This document shows positions 18,809 through 29,541 of a stretch of 64,000 nucleotides of DNA, in pieces. Source of the stretch: an uncultured Acidimicrobiia bacterium (GTDB lineage: Bacteria > Acidobacteriota > Terriglobia > Versatilivoradales > Versatilivoraceae); NCBI GenBank assembly GCA_963786955.1, contig CAWBAT010000005.1:480001-544000 (forward strand). The letters run 5' to 3'. Made by a program: the position numbers and the translations under genes. The notes below the pieces were generated by a model. It saw only the letters and a list, made by a program, of their open reading frames with translations. It searched no databases and was not told the DNA's origin. Within the stretch, counting starts at the first letter, position 1, and every line of letters begins with the position of its first letter.

Positions 18809-21800
18809 ATGCCTTCTTGGTTTGGAATGAAAACCCTTGGAACGCCATCGAGAACCTCGAATGCCTTCCCGATCGTGGCTATTTGCCTTTGGGTGATGAT
18901 TGCCTTTGCGCTTCCGTTTTCAACATCCGGCAACGCGCTGATTGAGCAGTCCCCTTCGGATCTATTTCCAAAGGTCCACAAAGTCTTCGAAACCCGCTGT
19001 CAGTCTTGTCATAACAATGCCCTCAAGATGTCAGGCTTCTCGTTGGAGTCGGCTGAAGGACTGCGCCAGGGAGGCTCTCATGGCCCCGTCGTCGTACCTG
19101 GAAATATCCAACTCAGCCCCCTCTACCGCAAAATTTCCCGTTTGGAAAAACCGTACATGCCCATGGAAGGGGAGCCGTTACCGGATGCCGAAATTGCCTT
19201 AATTCAGAGCTGGATTGAGCAGGGTGCAATTTGGCCTGAGGCGGTCACCCCTCCGGAGTCCGTTTCGTTGAAGGAGGCTGGGCCCGCTGCGGCGACCGAA
19301 CCCACAAGACCCCAGCAGCTCTCAGCCAATGAGGTTTTTTTTCGAGAAAAAGTTTTCCCTATTTTTTCGAATCGTTGCCTAGATTGCCACAACGACATTC
19401 GCAAGTATTCGGGGTTAAGTCTGGAAACGTACCTGGGATTTCAGAATGGCGGCTGGCACGGCCCGGTTGTCATGCCCGGCAAACCGGAGGAAAGCCGGCT
19501 TTTCCGGCGAATTGCTCGCATCGAGAAAGATTATATGCCGCTGGGTCCCGGAGGAGGACCAGGCGATCCCTTGCCCGCAGAAGAGGTGGCTTTGGTTCGC
19601 CAGTGGATCGTGGAAGGCGCGAGTTGGCCAAAGGAACCTAAAGCTGAAGAAGCCGAGAAAGCACGAATGGCCAGGCTTGTCGAAATCAAGAAATCGGAAG
19701 AGCGGCCCATTCGATCGGAAGAACGGGAGTGGTGGTCTTTTAAAAAACCGATGCAGCCCCCTGTCCCTCAGGCGAGAGAAGCGGGGAGAGTGAAAAATCC
19801 CATTGACGCTTTTATTCAAGCAGCCCTGGAAAAGAAAGGCCTTCGGTCTGCTCCCCCGGCTTCCAAAGAGAACCTCATCCGGCGCGTTTATTTCGACCTA
19901 CTCGGCCTGCCTCCGAAACCGGAAGAGGTTGAGTCGTTTGTAAAAGACACCTCTCCGGACGCGTACGAAAGACTCATTGACCACTTATTGGATTCGGAGC
20001 GCTATGGAGAGCGCTGGGCACGACATTGGCTCGATGTCGTTCGATACGCCGACAGTGATGGATACGAATATGACCGGTTTCGGCCGAATAGCTGGCGCTA
20101 TCGCGATTACGTAATCCGGGCATTCAACGAAGATAAGCCCTACAACCGCTTCATCCTGGAACAATTGGCGGGAGATGAACTGCCTGACCGGAATGATGAT
20201 TCTCTCATTGCGTTGGGATTCTGTCGCAATGGGCCTTTCATTGGGGACATGGTGCTCATGCAAAATGAGATGACCCGTCAGGACGAACTGGATGACATGG
20301 TAACCGCCACGGCGGCCACATTCCTGGGTCTTACTGTCGGGTGTGCACGCTGCCATAACCACAAATATGACCCCATCGGCCAGAAGGACTACTACCGCTT
20401 GGTGGCGGTTTTTTCTCCGAGTGTGCGCAGTGAAATTCCCCTTGCCCCGGCCCATGTCGTCGCGCAGCATGAACAACAGGTCCGTGAACTAGACCGGCAA
20501 ATCGACAGCCTCGAGCAGGCAATACTGGTGATCCAGAAGCCCACGAGGCAGCGCTTGTTGGAAGCCAAATACAAAGAGCTCCCCGAGCCATTGCAGTTGG
20601 CTTTGCGAACCGAGCCGGGTCAGAGAACCGAAGCTCAAAAGAGGCAAGCGGATCAGGTCTTGCTTTCGACAAATGTGAGCGAGACCGATTTATTAGCGGC
20701 TCTAAGCAAAGAAGAACTCAAGAAGGTTGAAGGGCTCAAGGCCAAGATAGACGCATTAGAAAAAGCCAAACCACCCGCCCTGCCTGCGGCCATGGCGATC
20801 ACGGACCCTTCTCCAATTTCGTCGAAGAGTTATTTCCTCCATCGGGGAAGTACCTTGAGCAAGGGCTCCGAGATGCAACCGGGGACGCTTGAAATATTGT
20901 CTGTGCCAGGCCATGAGATCATCTCGCCTAAACCGCTCTCCACGACGCAGACAACCGGACGTCGATTGGCTTTGGCCCGATGGCTCGCGAGTGAGGAGAA
21001 TCCACTGACCGCCAGGGTCATCGTCAATCGGCTCTGGCAATATCATTTTGGAAAAGGATTGGTCGGCACCCCCAACGATTTTGGTCGTATGGGAGAAGCC
21101 CCCACTCATCCGGAGTTGCTCGACTGGCTGGCAACCGAGTTGGTCCGACAAGGGTGGAGCATCAAATCCATGCATCGGCTTATCCTGTCTTCATCCACCT
21201 ACCAGCAATCTTCCAATTACAGCAATCCCGTCAACCAGGAGAAAGATCCCGAAAACCGGCTGCTCTGGAAAATGCACATCAGACGGCTAGAAGGAGAAAT
21301 AATCCGGGACGCCGTGTTGGCTGTCAGCGGTTCTCTCAACCTAAAGGCTGGAGGTCCGGGCATTTTCCCGGAAGTGGACTCCGGACTTATCGAGAGCACC
21401 CCCAAAGAGACTGCGCGCTTGTTGTATCAGCGCTGGCCTGTAACCCGCGACGGTCCTGAGGTCTGGAGGCGAAGTGTGTACATCACCCAAAAGCGCACGA
21501 CCCCCACGCCTATTTTGGATCTCTTTGATCCACCCGACAGCATTTCGTCCTGTCCCAGGCGGAGTAATACAACGGTTGCCCCGCAAGCGTTACAGCTGCT
21601 TAATAGCAAATTCGTTGTCGGCCAGTCCGTGATCTTTGCGGAACGCGTTCGTAACGAAGTAGGAAAAGATCCCCATTCCCAGATCGAAAGAGCCTTTTGG
21701 CTGGCCTTCAGCCGCCCACCTGACTCAAAGGAAATGCAAGTGAGTCTTGACTTCTTGAAGAGTCAGCAAGCGTATCATGGGCGGCATAATAACCAGCTCC

Positions 21801-21907
21801 GGGAGCTTGGAATTGACCCTGCAGAAATCCTTTCCCCTGCCATTGCGGCTCTGGTGGATCTATGTCATTCTTTATTCAATGCGAATGAATTTGTTTTCAT
21901 TAACTGA
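18809..21907 (+). CDS. Planctomycete-type cytochrome c / DUF1549 / DUF1553 protein
   Basis: Two N-terminal cytochrome domains (CQSCH, CLDCH, each followed by YMP), NPIDAFI, YGERWARHWLDVVRYADS, CARCHNHKYDP, HPELLDWLA and APQAL. Confidence 0.95.
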   Translation: MPSWFGMKTLGTPSRTSNAFPIVAICLWVMIAFALPFSTSGNALIEQSPSDLFPKVHKVFETRCQSCHNNALKMSGFSLESAEGLRQGGSHGPVVVPGNIQLSPLYRKISRLEKPYMPMEGEPLPDAEIALIQSWIEQGAIWPEAVTPPESVSLKEAGPAAATEPTRPQQLSANEVFFREKVFPIFSNRCLDCHNDIRKYSGLSLETYLGFQNGGWHGPVVMPGKPEESRLFRRIARIEKDYMPLGPGGGPGDPLPAEEVALVRQWIVEGASWPKEPKAEEAEKARMARLVEIKKSEERPIRSEEREWWSFKKPMQPPVPQAREAGRVKNPIDAFIQAALEKKGLRSAPPASKENLIRRVYFDLLGLPPKPEEVESFVKDTSPDAYERLIDHLLDSERYGERWARHWLDVVRYADSDGYEYDRFRPNSWRYRDYVIRAFNEDKPYNRFILEQLAGDELPDRNDDSLIALGFCRNGPFIGDMVLMQNEMTRQDELDDMVTATAATFLGLTVGCARCHNHKYDPIGQKDYYRLVAVFSPSVRSEIPLAPAHVVAQHEQQVRELDRQIDSLEQAILVIQKPTRQRLLEAKYKELPEPLQLALRTEPGQRTEAQKRQADQVLLSTNVSETDLLAALSKEELKKVEGLKAKIDALEKAKPPALPAAMAITDPSPISSKSYFLHRGSTLSKGSEMQPGTLEILSVPGHEIISPKPLSTTQTTGRRLALARWLASEENPLTARVIVNRLWQYHFGKGLVGTPNDFGRMGEAPTHPELLDWLATELVRQGWSIKSMHRLILSSSTYQQSSNYSNPVNQEKDPENRLLWKMHIRRLEGEIIRDAVLAVSGSLNLKAGGPGIFPEVDSGLIESTPKETARLLYQRWPVTRDGPEVWRRSVYITQKRTTPTPILDLFDPPDSISSCPRRSNTTVAPQALQLLNSKFVVGQSVIFAERVRNEVGKDPHSQIERAFWLAFSRPPDSKEMQVSLDFLKSQQAYHGRHNNQLRELGIDPAEILSPAIAALVDLCHSLFNANEFVFIN

Positions 21908-21916
21908 AAACCCTAG

Positions 21917-21956
21917 AGGGGCGAAGCATCTGTCAGCTGACAGATGCTTCGCCCCT
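21917..21956. repeat. Perfect 40-bp palindrome, GGGGCGAAGCAT REP class
   Basis: AGGGGCGAAGCATCTGTCAG|CTGACAGATGCTTCGCCCCT. Confidence 0.9.
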
Positions 21957-21973
21957 AAAAGCAAGGATCGATT

Positions 21974-23410
21974 ATGAGACGTGCCAGTCCTTCAATAAGA
22001 GAGATTCATTCCCGTCGACGATTCCTCTGGGACCTGGGTGGAGGAATTGCGGGCGTGGCACTTTGTGACCTCCTCAACCAGGAGAATTTGCTGGCTGCCC
22101 CAGAAGCAACGATCTCTCCCCTCCTTCCCAAGAAACCACATATTTCGCCCAAAGCGAAATCGGTGATCTCTCTCTTTATGAACGGTGGGACAAGCCATAT
22201 CGACACATTTGATCCAAAGATCGAACTCACGAAGCGGCATCTTGAAGCTCCTCCTGCAAGCCTCAACATCCAGACTTTCTTTCCCAACCCCGGAACTTTC
22301 TTGCAGAGTCCTTTCGCTTTTAAGAAATATGGCCAATCGGGAATCGAGGTCTCTGAACTGTTTGCCCAAACCGCCGAATGCATTGATGAGATCGCCGTGG
22401 TCCGCTCCATGCATGCTTTGAGCAACAATCACACTCCCGCCACCCTTCAGATGATGACCGGATTCATTCAGCCAGGAAGGCCTTGCCTCGGGTCGTGGAG
22501 CATTTACGGCTTAGGCACTGAAAATCAAAACCTGCCTGCTTTTGTGGTTCTTCTGGACAGTATGGGCGGGCCGATGGGCGGCTCGCAGACGTGGAGTTCT
22601 GGCTTTCTATCGGGCGTGTATCAGGGGACTCCATTCCGGAATCATGGAGATCCTATTGTCGATTTGGCCTCCCCGAGGTTTGTCGAACAGGAACAGCAAC
22701 GCAGCCGGCTCGACTTCATCAAGGCTCTGAATCAGCTTCACCTCGAACAGAATGGTTCCGATGCAGAGCTAAATGCCAGGATCGCCTCCTATGAATTGGC
22801 TTTCAGGATGCAAAGTGAAGCCCCCAGCGTGGTCGAACTGTCCCAGGAAACAGCGGCGACCAAAAGACTTTACGGGATGGAGGACCCCCAATGCGAACAC
22901 TTTGGCCGAAATTGTTTATTGGCACGCCGCTTGGTCGAAAAAGGGGTGCGCTTTGTCCAACTCTTCGGAGGAGGCAACGTTCTAGAGGATACCTGGGATG
23001 CCCACTCTAATCTTGAAAAAAATCACCGCAAGCGCGCAGCCGCCATCGACAAGCCGATTCGAGGCCTTCTCACAGATTTAAAGGCTCGAGGAATGCTGGA
23101 TTCGACTTTAGTGGTCTGGCATTCAGAATTCGGACGGCTGCCCATTTCTCAGTCCATCTCAGGGCGGGATCATAGTCCGTATGGGTTTTCGGTTTGGTTT
23201 GCAGGCGGAGGAGTCAAGGGAGGTCAGGTGATCGGAGCAACCGACGAATTTGGTTACCGAGCCGCCATCGATCCTCATACGATCAATGATTTTCACGCCA
23301 CAATTCTTAATCTCCTCGGCCTAGATCACACCCGGCTCACGTATTTCCACAACGGACGAATGCATCGGCTCACGGATGTTGCCGGAGAAGTCATAGGACC
23401 CATCGCTTGA
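21974..23410 (+). CDS. DUF1501 family protein (Tat-like signal)
   Basis: SRRRFL, AKSVISLFMNGGTSHIDTFDPK, FGRNCLLARRLVEKGVRFV, WDAH, EFGR, GRDH and RLTDV. Usual partner of DUF1553 proteins. Confidence 0.95.
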   Translation: MRRASPSIREIHSRRRFLWDLGGGIAGVALCDLLNQENLLAAPEATISPLLPKKPHISPKAKSVISLFMNGGTSHIDTFDPKIELTKRHLEAPPASLNIQTFFPNPGTFLQSPFAFKKYGQSGIEVSELFAQTAECIDEIAVVRSMHALSNNHTPATLQMMTGFIQPGRPCLGSWSIYGLGTENQNLPAFVVLLDSMGGPMGGSQTWSSGFLSGVYQGTPFRNHGDPIVDLASPRFVEQEQQRSRLDFIKALNQLHLEQNGSDAELNARIASYELAFRMQSEAPSVVELSQETAATKRLYGMEDPQCEHFGRNCLLARRLVEKGVRFVQLFGGGNVLEDTWDAHSNLEKNHRKRAAAIDKPIRGLLTDLKARGMLDSTLVVWHSEFGRLPISQSISGRDHSPYGFSVWFAGGGVKGGQVIGATDEFGYRAAIDPHTINDFHATILNLLGLDHTRLTYFHNGRMHRLTDVAGEVIGPIA

Positions 23411-23433
23411 ATCGTTCTGAGAATATTCAAGTG

Positions 23434-23543
23434 GGTAGCCACGGCAAGTGCTTTTCTGCGCGACCGCTGTCGCTCGCCGTGGGCTTTTCCGGGCCGAACG
23501 CACAAGCCCACGATGAATTGAAAAACAAATTCATCGTGGCTAC
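23434..23543. repeat. REP-like doublet, GTAGCCACG class, between convergent genes
   Basis: GTAGCCACGG...CCGTGGGCTT and AAGCCCACGATGAA...TTCATCGTGGCTAC nested hairpins. Confidence 0.7.
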
Positions 23544-23573
23544 CAAGGCAAGATTGTTCCCGAGGACTCGATT

Positions 23574-25859
23574 TCAAAAAATTTCTCCGGACTTTGCGAT
23601 GGTCATCTTACGACCGTATGGAGACTCCCCAAGCACTTTTCCGTCCCGAAACACTTTGAAGCTACTGTACAGCATCTCGACATCAAAAGAATGTCCTCTA
23701 AAGTGGTAGTCTCGCATGACGGCATTTCCATATTCATGATGATAGGCGGGAGAGATCTCAAGGGTCCCGTCGACTTGCGGATTCAACCCGAAGATCCCGA
23801 ATAGAATCGCCTCGATCCCTGCGCCCGATGAGATCTCCAGCGGCATTGAAGACATATCTTGCTCGGCACGATCAGTCCTGGGATTTTGCGGGATATAAGG
23901 GAAGTAATCGATGTAATCCATGAATCGTTTCAAGATGTCCCATCCCAGTTCGGCATGGCCCGTTCGATATAAAGACAGCGCAATTTGCAACGGCATGCCC
24001 GGGTATTGACCGCCTCCACCCCAGTCCGCATCTATCAAGTCCCAGTGGATTCGGTCCTTTTTTGAAATCGAATACATCCCAAATTTCCCCAAGAACTCTC
24101 CTTCCTTAATCTGTGAAATCACGCGTTCCCGCTCGGCGTTGGTGAGAACCGTGGTCCCGAGCAGATCGTACAGATGATAGGAATAGACCAGCTCGCGGCT
24201 TCCGTCAGGAAAGAGGTTATCGAACCATCCGGCTTTTTCATTCCAGAGTTTATGGTGAAAAGAGTGGGAGAGTTGCGCAGCGTAGCGTTCGAACTTTTCA
24301 GCTTCGGGATCCTTTTTTTCTTTTCCCCACGTGGCCAAATGCTGATAGAGCCAAACCGTCAGGCCATTCATTACAGGGACCACATGGCAATAACCGTCCG
24401 TGCGAATTTCTACAATTTTTTCGGTATTTAATCCGACATCAATCAATCCGTCCTCCGGCCGGGCATATTCATCATGTAAAACGATTCCCCATTTCTTCAT
24501 CCATTCATAAATGGTTAACCCTTCCAGCTTGTAGTCCAGGAACGCGACATCCCCAGTCTGTTTGAGATAGGCGTTCAGCATCATGAGCAACGCGAAAGGC
24601 TCCTGCAAATAAAGGATATCCCCTTCGGCGCCGCGTGGACTGATGTAGGTCCGTTTCATTTTCCCTTCTTTGAACGGAATGATAATGGCTTCACGCATGC
24701 TCTTCGGGTCCAGCATACTCAAGACATTTGCGCTGAAGGAATTGTCCCAGGTAATCGTGAAGATCCAAGTACCCACCGCCCAGAAAGGATTTAGGTTGAA
24801 TTCATCCCGCTCCCAACGGCATTCCATGACGCTCAGGAGGCAGCGGTTGTAAAACTCCTGCAGCTTAGGATAGTTGCTCGTTACGATTGGAAGACGGTCG
24901 GCGGCCCAGCGCAAGCGTGCTCGCGTATCCTGGTCGGCTTGCTTCATGCGTTCGGGAATATCGTTTTGATACAATTCAGGGGCTTTGTCTGTGGCCGATT
25001 GAAGGAGAAAGGCAAAAGTGGCAGTCGCCGATCCGGAAGGAGGAACCGTCCAGTCCCAGCCTTTTTCTGTTCGCTGGGTTAATGTGCTCACCAAGCTGAT
25101 TCTCACCTGTTCACTTTCCAGTAGGAAGGGACCTTGCTTCTTCACTACGGCTGAACCTTCCGCCGTTTCCTTGGCCAGCCGTGTCGCATTTTGCTTCGGA
25201 AGGAGGGTCAGTTCGAGTGGCTCATTTCTTCGGTTTGTGATTTTGACTTCCAGATAGATCTCATCAAACCGAGCAGAAACGGAGGCTTTTGTTTCCATGG
25301 CAAAGGACACCCAGCGGCCATTGTAGATTTTGTGGAATGTTCCGGTGCGGTGGTAAAGATTCGGCTGCCAGATCTCGTCCTGACTGACCAGCACAGTCGG
25401 AGAATTGGGTCGAAAGTTTGAACCCAGCGGATCAAAGCTCTTCCCATGATTCAAGTAGTCCTTCCACATATCCGCAACATCGTCCTGGATCAACGTACCG
25501 CTCTTCTTGTCCAGAAAATCCAGGTTGAAGTTGTAATCCGGGCAATTGATGGGAAGAAAGAAAATATTGTGCAGACCGGTGAGTGTATATTCCTGTACAT
25601 AAACTGCGCCACGTCCATTAAACAACCGCAACTGGTCGTCTGTGAAAGCCATTTGGGCCCGCGGCATCCGCAGCATCTCAGGAGTGAGGATGTGAGGAAT
25701 CGAGTTGGAGATCGTGTTCGATGGATCTAGGCTGGACTCGGCTCCTGCACTTCCCATACCCAAAATCGAAATGAATACCACGATGGCCCAGCACACGAAG
25801 CTTTGGTTCGTTTCATTTTGCCGGCTCTTTGAGTTCATGTTTTCTTTGTCCTTATCCAC
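23574..25859 (-). CDS. Exported glycoside hydrolase-like protein, probable (alpha/alpha)6 barrel (GH63/MGH1-like), family unassigned
   Basis: Signal peptide, ITWDNS, YLKQTGDVAFL, KLWNEKAGWF, EFLGKFGMYS, DWGGGGQY and GIFGLNP...ISP followed by a beta-sandwich-like tail. Confidence 0.65.
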   Translation of the reverse strand: MDKDKENMNSKSRQNETNQSFVCWAIVVFISILGMGSAGAESSLDPSNTISNSIPHILTPEMLRMPRAQMAFTDDQLRLFNGRGAVYVQEYTLTGLHNIFFLPINCPDYNFNLDFLDKKSGTLIQDDVADMWKDYLNHGKSFDPLGSNFRPNSPTVLVSQDEIWQPNLYHRTGTFHKIYNGRWVSFAMETKASVSARFDEIYLEVKITNRRNEPLELTLLPKQNATRLAKETAEGSAVVKKQGPFLLESEQVRISLVSTLTQRTEKGWDWTVPPSGSATATFAFLLQSATDKAPELYQNDIPERMKQADQDTRARLRWAADRLPIVTSNYPKLQEFYNRCLLSVMECRWERDEFNLNPFWAVGTWIFTITWDNSFSANVLSMLDPKSMREAIIIPFKEGKMKRTYISPRGAEGDILYLQEPFALLMMLNAYLKQTGDVAFLDYKLEGLTIYEWMKKWGIVLHDEYARPEDGLIDVGLNTEKIVEIRTDGYCHVVPVMNGLTVWLYQHLATWGKEKKDPEAEKFERYAAQLSHSFHHKLWNEKAGWFDNLFPDGSRELVYSYHLYDLLGTTVLTNAERERVISQIKEGEFLGKFGMYSISKKDRIHWDLIDADWGGGGQYPGMPLQIALSLYRTGHAELGWDILKRFMDYIDYFPYIPQNPRTDRAEQDMSSMPLEISSGAGIEAILFGIFGLNPQVDGTLEISPAYHHEYGNAVMRDYHFRGHSFDVEMLYSSFKVFRDGKVLGESPYGRKMTIAKSGEIF

Positions 25860-28800
25860 TTAATAGACCAATGATTTTCCCATCACCCGCATCGTTAGGA
25901 TCTCATGGGGTTTGATCATGACCTCCACTCCATCCGCCGCCACCATCAACTCGGACTGGTTCTCTTCCACGGCATTGGTCCGCCAGGCCTTTTGCACTTT
26001 CAACAGCGGGAAGGCAACGCGGGTAGAGACTTCCCGTCCGCCCACTTCGAGGAGGCGGACGATGGTCCCCTGACCATCCTCGGCAGCCTTCCAATTCTCC
26101 ACCACGACATTGGGGGCCTCGAGTTTCAGGAAGCTCACGGGATCCGGCTTGAGCGGAGTGTCCGGATTGCCAAACTTATCAAAGCCCTGCAGTACGCCGA
26201 ACTCGAGAGGTGTCATCGCAGCGCGTCCAAAACGGGCCAGCCGTTCTGGCGAGAGTTCTCGATCGCTGGTTAGCATATAGCGGTAGGTGTAGTCACCTCC
26301 CTGAACACGACGAAAATTGGTATGCCAATAGTTGTTGATGACGTAGGAGAAAACCGAAGAGCTCTTGGGCGCAAATGTCTCGGGCCAGGTTCCCCTGTTG
26401 ATGTCACCGAGCGTGACCAATGGCGCATCCACTGGTACCAGCCCGATAGCGATCTCCGGATTGCTCACTTTCATCCAATGCTGCACCGTAAACCACTCCA
26501 GACAGGCGCCTTTAAGCATGTTATGAGCCGGATTCACCCACCCGTTTTGAATTTCGTAATCAAAAGCCGGCCGGTCGACGGCAAAAGGAAAGGCAAAGTA
26601 AACCCCTTCTTTGTTGCGTGAAGGCTCTTTGTGAAGCCGATTGATGAACTCAATCTTCTTCTCGTTATCGAAGAGAATGATCTCTGTCTCAATGGATGCC
26701 CCAACTCCCCTATTTTCCAGCAACAGTGTCTGACCAAAAGAGGTCTTGTGTAATCGCCCCGGTTTACCGGTTCCGGAGGCGGCGCTCACCGTTAACTTGG
26801 CCAATGGGAGACTCTTACGCAAATTGACAATCTGGGTTGCTGTTTCATCCCCTCCCGAGACATAGAGATATTGGTTTAGACGGTACGAACTGGCCGAATC
26901 AACCAATTCGCGGTTCAGTTGTTTGTCGAATAGGCTTCGAACTACCCCCAGGGAAGGATCGACTTCGATTCGATAAAAAGCATTTTCAACGCGATCGGCT
27001 GAAACGGGCTGGGGTTCATCCGCTTTCTTCTCTTCGCTTCCTTCTGCTTTGGACACCGCGTAGCATTTATAGCCAAGTGACGGAACGGCCTGGGCCAAAA
27101 AACGGATATGAGAGTATTCCTTCTCTTGGCGGAGAATCTCGAAGGGAACCACCGATAGGTTTGGGTATTCCCTTAGCACCATGCCATTTTCAAGGTCACC
27201 CTCCACCAATTCACTTCGCGGCCAGTTCAACGGATTAAACACAACAACCGCAGGCGCAGGCATTCGGATCTGATAGGCCAGTTGACTGAACGATTGATCG
27301 AGAATTCCATTCACCATTTCTCTTCCATCCAGTACCAGATGGTCTTTGGTGACGAGCTGACGAACACTTTGTTCGTGCTCGGGTCGAGTGTAAGAGCCCC
27401 AGGATGTCCAGGTGTGCTCTGAAAAGAGAACTAGGTCAGACCACATCCGCCGGATTTTCCCCGCCGGGGGCGCGAGATTCTGCTGGACGAACGTCGCCAG
27501 AGTAGAAAGTTTTTCTGCTGAAGTGGCCCGCTGCTGGTTTGACCGGTCAATGGCTCCATACCAGGCATCTGTGCCTATTCCGTCTTCCCAGTAGGGCCCG
27601 CCGTCCCCGACGACTGTTTCCAGCGAGGAGGCGAAATTCTTTTCAACATATTTCATATAATCGGGGAAAGTAGAAAGTACCAGCTTCGGATAGGCATATT
27701 GCAAATTCCACTGCGTGACAAATTCAGGAGTTCCGGCGACCAGATCCGTATTTTCAGCTTGGGCACCGTACATCAGAACGGCATCCGGCTTGTAAGCAGG
27801 CGATTGGTAAGCCTGAAGAAAGGTGGGGATAGAATGGCGTGCGGCAGCGATCTGGGGGGGAAGGCCGCAGATAAACCAAAGATGCGCATACTGACGGCTA
27901 TACGACATCAAGATCTTGTTGCCGTCCGGTCCTTGCCACCAGAAGGGTGATTTTTCATTCCAGCGTCCATAGAGCAAGATGGGCCCACGATCATTGTTGC
28001 TCGCGGCCACAAAGTACTTTAGCCCTAAGGCATTCAGGATTGACGCATACGACCAGGAGTAGCTTGGGATATCTGTAATCGTGGTGTACTCAAAAGGCAG
28101 GCCATACTCCCGGTGCAGGGAGTGGGCATAAGAAGCAGAACGGATCAACACTTCCAACGAAGCGTACCCCGTGAGTAAACTTGCATCCATTGCGGGGACA
28201 GCAATTTTCCCTTCGCTTACAAGCGCCAGCAGGTTTTTCTTCGCAGCCTCGTTTCGTGTGGCCAGGTACTGTTGAACAATCCAAGAGCCATCCAAACTAA
28301 AGCGCATCTCCGGGAAGTGACTGATCTGATCCAGTATTTTGTCGACACCTCGATTTTGTACCTCCGCTACCTTCGATTGATAATCGGTGTACCCGATGTC
28401 GAGGTGCTGGTGGGGGGTCACAAAGATCGTCCATTTACGCTTGGGCTCAAGAATGATTGGAAACTTCTGGGTCTTTCCGTCGAGTTGAAGTTTAACCAGA
28501 GCTGGCGTAGCCGGTAGGAATTCGGGAACATCAAAAGCAAACCGCTGCTGTCCAAAGTCCTGGTCGGTTGAGAGTCGGGCTTGAAATTGTTGCCTTCCCA
28601 CCGTGAAAAGAAGATTGCCGCTCCGGATCTTCCCCGGAAGATTGACCGTGACAACCGTCTGTTCACGAAGCGGATCTCTTCCCGTATAAAGTACTGTTGG
28701 CTCTACGGACACTCCGGGTGACGGACCACGCGCTGGCAATGGTTCTTCACTGAGGCGCAGGGCGTCGTAGGTTATGAACGATTCGCCATCCCCCTCCGCA

Positions 28801-29330
28801 GGGTCGTCGAGGGCCGTCAACACCAACTTGTTCTCTCCGGCATGCACCACTTTGGAGGGAAGATCGATTTCCAGCTGATCACTTGCATAGATGGGAGAGA
28901 AAGCCCAACCGTCTCCAGGGTAGTTATTTAGCCTTCGATTGAAATAATAAACGCCGGACTTGCCATTGATCTCGACCTGCAATTGCGGCACCCGATTGTT
29001 GTAAAGGAGCGCGGAAATGGTCAATCGGCAAACTCCTTGGGGAATCTGGGAGAGGCTAAACAAGATGGTAATAGGATGGGCCCGCGCCCCAGAAGATTTG
29101 TTTTGGGAGCCAGGCTGCCGCCCAGGCCAATCCTGCAAGGCGGCGCTTTGGCCGATCGTGAAAACGGGGTTGATTTTCGGATTCGAGAGATCGATCTGAT
29201 TATTAAATTCACCCGACGACTGATCGAATTTCCCGATTTCCCACAGGGGATTTTGGGCCACAAGCACATTTCCAAAAAGGAGAATGTGGAATGACAGAGC
29301 CACAGTCATGAAGAATGAAGAACGGTGCAT
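25860..29330 (-). CDS. GH38-like hydrolase with N-terminal rhamnogalacturonan-lyase-domain-III-like module
   Basis: LWEIGKFDQSSGEF and ITYDALRL in the N-domain. PHQHLDIGYTD, VFNPLNWPRS, VPSLGYK, ENAFYRIE, WKAAEDG...VRLLE. Confidence 0.85.
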   Translation of the reverse strand: MHRSSFFMTVALSFHILLFGNVLVAQNPLWEIGKFDQSSGEFNNQIDLSNPKINPVFTIGQSAALQDWPGRQPGSQNKSSGARAHPITILFSLSQIPQGVCRLTISALLYNNRVPQLQVEINGKSGVYYFNRRLNNYPGDGWAFSPIYASDQLEIDLPSKVVHAGENKLVLTALDDPAEGDGESFITYDALRLSEEPLPARGPSPGVSVEPTVLYTGRDPLREQTVVTVNLPGKIRSGNLLFTVGRQQFQARLSTDQDFGQQRFAFDVPEFLPATPALVKLQLDGKTQKFPIILEPKRKWTIFVTPHQHLDIGYTDYQSKVAEVQNRGVDKILDQISHFPEMRFSLDGSWIVQQYLATRNEAAKKNLLALVSEGKIAVPAMDASLLTGYASLEVLIRSASYAHSLHREYGLPFEYTTITDIPSYSWSYASILNALGLKYFVAASNNDRGPILLYGRWNEKSPFWWQGPDGNKILMSYSRQYAHLWFICGLPPQIAAARHSIPTFLQAYQSPAYKPDAVLMYGAQAENTDLVAGTPEFVTQWNLQYAYPKLVLSTFPDYMKYVEKNFASSLETVVGDGGPYWEDGIGTDAWYGAIDRSNQQRATSAEKLSTLATFVQQNLAPPAGKIRRMWSDLVLFSEHTWTSWGSYTRPEHEQSVRQLVTKDHLVLDGREMVNGILDQSFSQLAYQIRMPAPAVVVFNPLNWPRSELVEGDLENGMVLREYPNLSVVPFEILRQEKEYSHIRFLAQAVPSLGYKCYAVSKAEGSEEKKADEPQPVSADRVENAFYRIEVDPSLGVVRSLFDKQLNRELVDSASSYRLNQYLYVSGGDETATQIVNLRKSLPLAKLTVSAASGTGKPGRLHKTSFGQTLLLENRGVGASIETEIILFDNEKKIEFINRLHKEPSRNKEGVYFAFPFAVDRPAFDYEIQNGWVNPAHNMLKGACLEWFTVQHWMKVSNPEIAIGLVPVDAPLVTLGDINRGTWPETFAPKSSSVFSYVINNYWHTNFRRVQGGDYTYRYMLTSDRELSPERLARFGRAAMTPLEFGVLQGFDKFGNPDTPLKPDPVSFLKLEAPNVVVENWKAAEDGQGTIVRLLEVGGREVSTRVAFPLLKVQKAWRTNAVEENQSELMVAADGVEVMIKPHEILTMRVMGKSLVY

Positions 29331-29452
29331 GGATCGCCTCCTTTCAAGATCTCCTCTTCAGCCAAGCATGTTTTTTTCCGGTCGAAAGTCAAGCTGGAAG
29401 GTGGGTAATCTAGTTTGTTTATTCACTCTTCGAATTACACCCATTCCCTGCT

Positions 29453-29465
29453 AGGATACATTTCT
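29453..29465. promoter_or_regulatory. Candidate operator between GH38-like gene and regulator
   Basis: AGGATACATTTCT matches AGAATACATTTCA at 30937-30949 at 11 of 13 positions. Confidence 0.4.
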
Positions 29466-29541
29466 ATTGATAGTCCGTCGTTCGATTTCCCCGACAAAAT
29501 GGGTTTAAATCACAGGGCTGAAGAGCCTGAAAGAGGTCAGC

